Assembly: GCA_964187785.1 (NCBI GenBank) | Contig: OZ076409.1 | Location: 81,034,001-81,098,000 of the forward strand | Length of the DNA stretch: 64,000 bases | From: Amphiscolops sp. MND2022 | Lineage: Eukaryota | Direction: 5' to 3' | In this document: piece after piece, positions 61,312 through 64,000 of the stretch | Position numbering within the stretch: position 1 is the first letter of the stretch | Layout: each line of letters starts with the position of its first letter | Translations under genes and position numbers: made by a program | Notes under the pieces: generated by a model | The model's input: the letters and a program-made list of their open reading frames with translations, nothing else | Database searches by the model: none | What the model was told of the DNA's origin: nothing

Positions 61312-62735
61312 TTTTTTGCTTGGGACGACGTCGTAGGTACGGGTTGTTCGTCAATCTTGTTTGTTGGGATAGTGAACTCACGTTTGCGTTTCCTGGGGTC
61401 ATTTGCCGCATTGGCTCCGTCCGGTTTTTTCGGTTTTGCAGCAATTTTCGGTTTTGTGCATTTTTCCACAAGTATCGCATTTGGGTTTAGCTGTATCTGT
61501 TGGTTTGGTGTCTGTGGTACTTGTTTTTGTGGCGTAGTACCTGTCTTTGCGGAGGCGACGGCATTGTGCCTTGTAGTGTCCGTATTTCCCACAGTGGAAA
61601 CAGTAACCTCTCTGCTGTTGTTCTTTCTTATCATCCGCCACTGCTGCGTCCACAGTGTTGAGGGGGACTAGGGTGGTTTCATCAGGCGCTCCTAGTCCGT
61701 TGAGTCGCATTTCGCGTTCAAGGTGTAAAACAATGTCATTATAGGGCTTATCTTCTAGGTAAGCTCTGTTAAGGATCTTTTTACGTGATCCGGCATTTTA
61801 GCGTATATGGCTTTGTCGATGAACTTCTGGGCTTCTGAGCCAAACGCTTCTTTTGCGGTTTTTTGTAACGCGTCAAGAAATTCGTGTAGTTTCTGTGTAG
61901 TGGGGTCGAAGTGTAGCGCATCCCACTCGCATCTCGCTTTAGCGGATGATTGGAAATCGCCAAAGCGACGTTTGAATGCCGTTATGACTTCTTCTAGGTT
62001 GTCTTTTTTAGTGTCGTCTAGGTTGCAATACGCTTGTAGTGCGTTTCCTCGTAGGAGTGAATGGAAGTAGTTGATTTTTTGTATCTCGGTTAAGTGAGGG
62101 TACATTTTGATATTATTTCGGAATAGGTCCTCAAATAGTTCAAACTTTTCGGACTTACCATCGAAGACTGGAAGCGAAGCGGTGAGTGCTTTCGGCATCG
62201 GAAGTAGATTGGTAGCTGGAAATGTTTGCGGTTGTGGCGCGAACAGGATCTTAGATGTTGAAGGACGGTCTTTTGTCTGTTCGTTGGGTGCGCGTTGTTG
62301 TTTCGGTCTTTTCGCGGGTTGGTTGGTAGAGTCATTGAGGACTCCTGTCACCATGTTACGACTATTTACCGGGGTAATTTTACGAGTAGTCGCAGTGGTT
62401 TTATTTTTGATCGGTGTTGAAGTTGCATTTTCCGGAATGTTTTCGGATTCAGAATCTGTTTCCTCAGCGGCAGTTATGATGGTTTGCTTTTTAACAGTAG
62501 GAGCTATTAGTTTTAGCATCTCCTTTTGGTTTTCAGCTAAGATTTTAGTAAGATCAGACATGATCTCTTTTCTCAACGATGTTTTTATTTCTGCCAAGTT
62601 TTCTGGTTCTATCCTAGGGATCTTGCTAGAACTAGCTACAAGAGTTTCAGGCGGAAAGTTTTCAGTTATGGAGGTTTCAAAATCACCGGAGACTAGTTCT
62701 GCTACAGCCTTCCTTTTCTGACTTCTAGTTGTCAT
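61308..62735 (-). CDS. gag: Gag with two Cys/His knuckles and two frameshift lesions (~61780, ~61435)
   Basis: LPVFDGKSEKFELFEDLF capsid-like motif; CFHCGKYGHYKAQC and CDTCGKMHKTENC. Confidence 0.9.
61311..61317 (-). promoter_or_regulatory. -1 ribosomal frameshift slippery heptamer A AAA AAC
   Basis: Lies at the gag terminus GCA AAA AAC TGA; the -1 frame is open and continuous with the pol ORF; GC-rich structured sequence follows. Confidence 0.8.
62339..62353 (-). promoter_or_regulatory. Primer binding site, tRNA-Leu-like, inside the gag reading frame
   Basis: ...CGTAACA|TGGTGACAGGAGTCC: an LTR-type TAACA end immediately followed by TGG; similar to the complement of tRNA-Leu 3' ends (TGGTGTCAGGAGT). 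Confidence 0.75.
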
Positions 62736-64000
62736 TTTGCGTCAGAGGGAGAGAGAGTGTTAATCTTTGGGAAGGTTAAATTCTTCAAAGATTCGTTTTC
62801 GTTATAATAACGGAACTGAACTGATTGTTATAAGTCAAGTTGGGAAAAAACTAACTCCTTTACATGTATGTATTACATATTTATACCTTCCCAGCATCAT
62901 TTGTTCCTCACCTAAAAATTCCTAGGTATCACAAAAATCGGGTTTGTTCAACAAAAAGCGCTAATGATTCATATTATTTCAATCCCGCGTCATAAAATCA
63001 GGCATCAAAATTCCTAGTTACGTCAGCATTCCGTAAAATTTGTTGAAGTCATTTTTGTTCAGGCGGTTCATTTCCTGTTTGTGCTTCAAAATTGCGGTAA
63101 AATAGAAGTCTAGTTTTCATTTTCATCGACGCAAGCACGCCGGCGTGATCAATTAGTCAGATTCCTAACTTAGAAATTGAAATTCGAAGTAAAAGAATGA
63201 CACTCAAAAAATATCAACGGAATTGTGACGGAATGTGAATATTTTATGGCCAAAGATACTTGAAAACCAAAATGAGGAACAAAGTGATGCTGAGAAGTCT
63301 TTAGGAAACGAATAGCTTGTGTAAATGCAAATTGTTACGAACTTTACATGTATTGGGAACTCAAAACAGAACATTTGATTTTAGCATCAAGTAAATGTCA
63401 CGGAAACAGTCCGTTTATCAAGACTTGTTTAGCGACTAATACACTGAGTATTCAGGCTTACTGGTTTAAGAAAGCGTATAAAAATACATTATAGCACTCA
63501 GAAACAGATTGAACAAAGGTAGGAAAAGACTAGGAGAGGTTATTGGGATGATTATCACTGCATCATATCAAAATTGGTACAAATTTCAAAACAACACGAA
63601 CATTACGTTCATTTCATAATCCTATCTTACAGTACAACTATTCTTTACGTAAACTTAATCTTAGGATTCCCTAAGGTGTATGAATTCAGAAAAGTTCTTC
63701 CAAAAGATTCATTCTTTACGAAGTTTCCTAGTTGCAATTTCTTAAGTTGCTCCGTAAATGCTCCGTACGTGTTGTATTTGCTTATGGTAGGGCGGTGGAA
63801 TACAATTTTACAATCCGCTCCGTAAGTGCTCCGTACGTATTAAGATTGCTTATAGCTGAGCAGCAGTAGCAAGCGGATTGGAAACGGAGAGCGTAGGCGA
63901 ATACATTCTCTTCTCTTAACTATCAAGAGTTGCTAGGGGCAACCAAGCTTAATTTTATTGGTACCGGCTCGGATAATTCTGCCAACAAGCGACGCTTTTG
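62354..64000 (-). repeat. Long 5' LTR (>1647 bp, runs off the window) containing the first 127 gag codons
   Basis: Starts at the PBS junction; the matching other terminus is not seen in the window; architecture parallels the 1769-bp solo LTR. Confidence 0.7.

Larger units (their letters stand above)
56021..64000 (-). mobile_element. Young Ty3/gypsy LTR retrotransposon with a long 5' LTR; probably extends left through 52144; no 3' LTR in the window
   Basis: gag with two zinc knuckles, PR-RT-RH-IN pol, and PBS 62339-62353 abutting the LTR end at 62354. Confidence 0.95.

Noticed and set aside
57329-62721. Plus-strand ORFs overlapping gag/pol (e.g. 59480-60115, 62107-62721)
   Set aside because: Antisense shadows of the codon-biased retroviral ORFs; no domain features
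63930-63946. Candidate PBS TGGTTGCCCCTAGC (minus) for the right-hand element
   Set aside because: Not preceded by an LTR-type CA end; the junction at 62353/62354 fits much better and is supported by the solo LTRs
1-64000. CRISPR arrays, rRNA, complete tRNA genes, prokaryotic operons
   Set aside because: No regularly spaced repeat-spacer array, rRNA-like sequence or full cloverleaf seen; the sequence is eukaryotic

Overview
AT-rich eukaryotic DNA, probably from an invertebrate animal (inference from spliceosomal GT-AG introns, LINE and Ty3/gypsy elements, and a 200-N scaffold gap). It is dominated by transposable elements and recent local duplications; no intact host gene or RNA gene is recognisable. 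Layout: (1) 1-15188, an ~8-kb-period tandem array of AT-rich repeats; (2) 15252-20994, an old, degenerate short-LTR Ty3/gypsy element on the minus strand with a tRNA-Ser-like PBS; (3) 27859-34300, long LTRs of a second gypsy group, including a 1769-bp solo LTR with a 5-bp TSD; (4) 30821-54322, a near-identical tandem duplication whose first copy carries a full-length two-ORF CR1/L2-like LINE; (5) 52144-64000, a younger minus-strand Ty3/gypsy element. The main discovery candidate is this last element. Instead of a PPT and 3' LTR after integrase, it runs tail-to-tail into a 7-exon, ~980-codon plus-strand gene. By eye this gene looks like a zinc-finger, catalytically degenerate hAT-transposase derivative, i.e. 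an intron-containing antisense cargo gene in an LTR retrotransposon. In addition, gag in this group starts deep inside the LTR, with the PBS read as codons (N-M-V-T-G-V), so solo LTRs encode Gag N-termini. All family assignments are by motif recognition only; no database searches were run.
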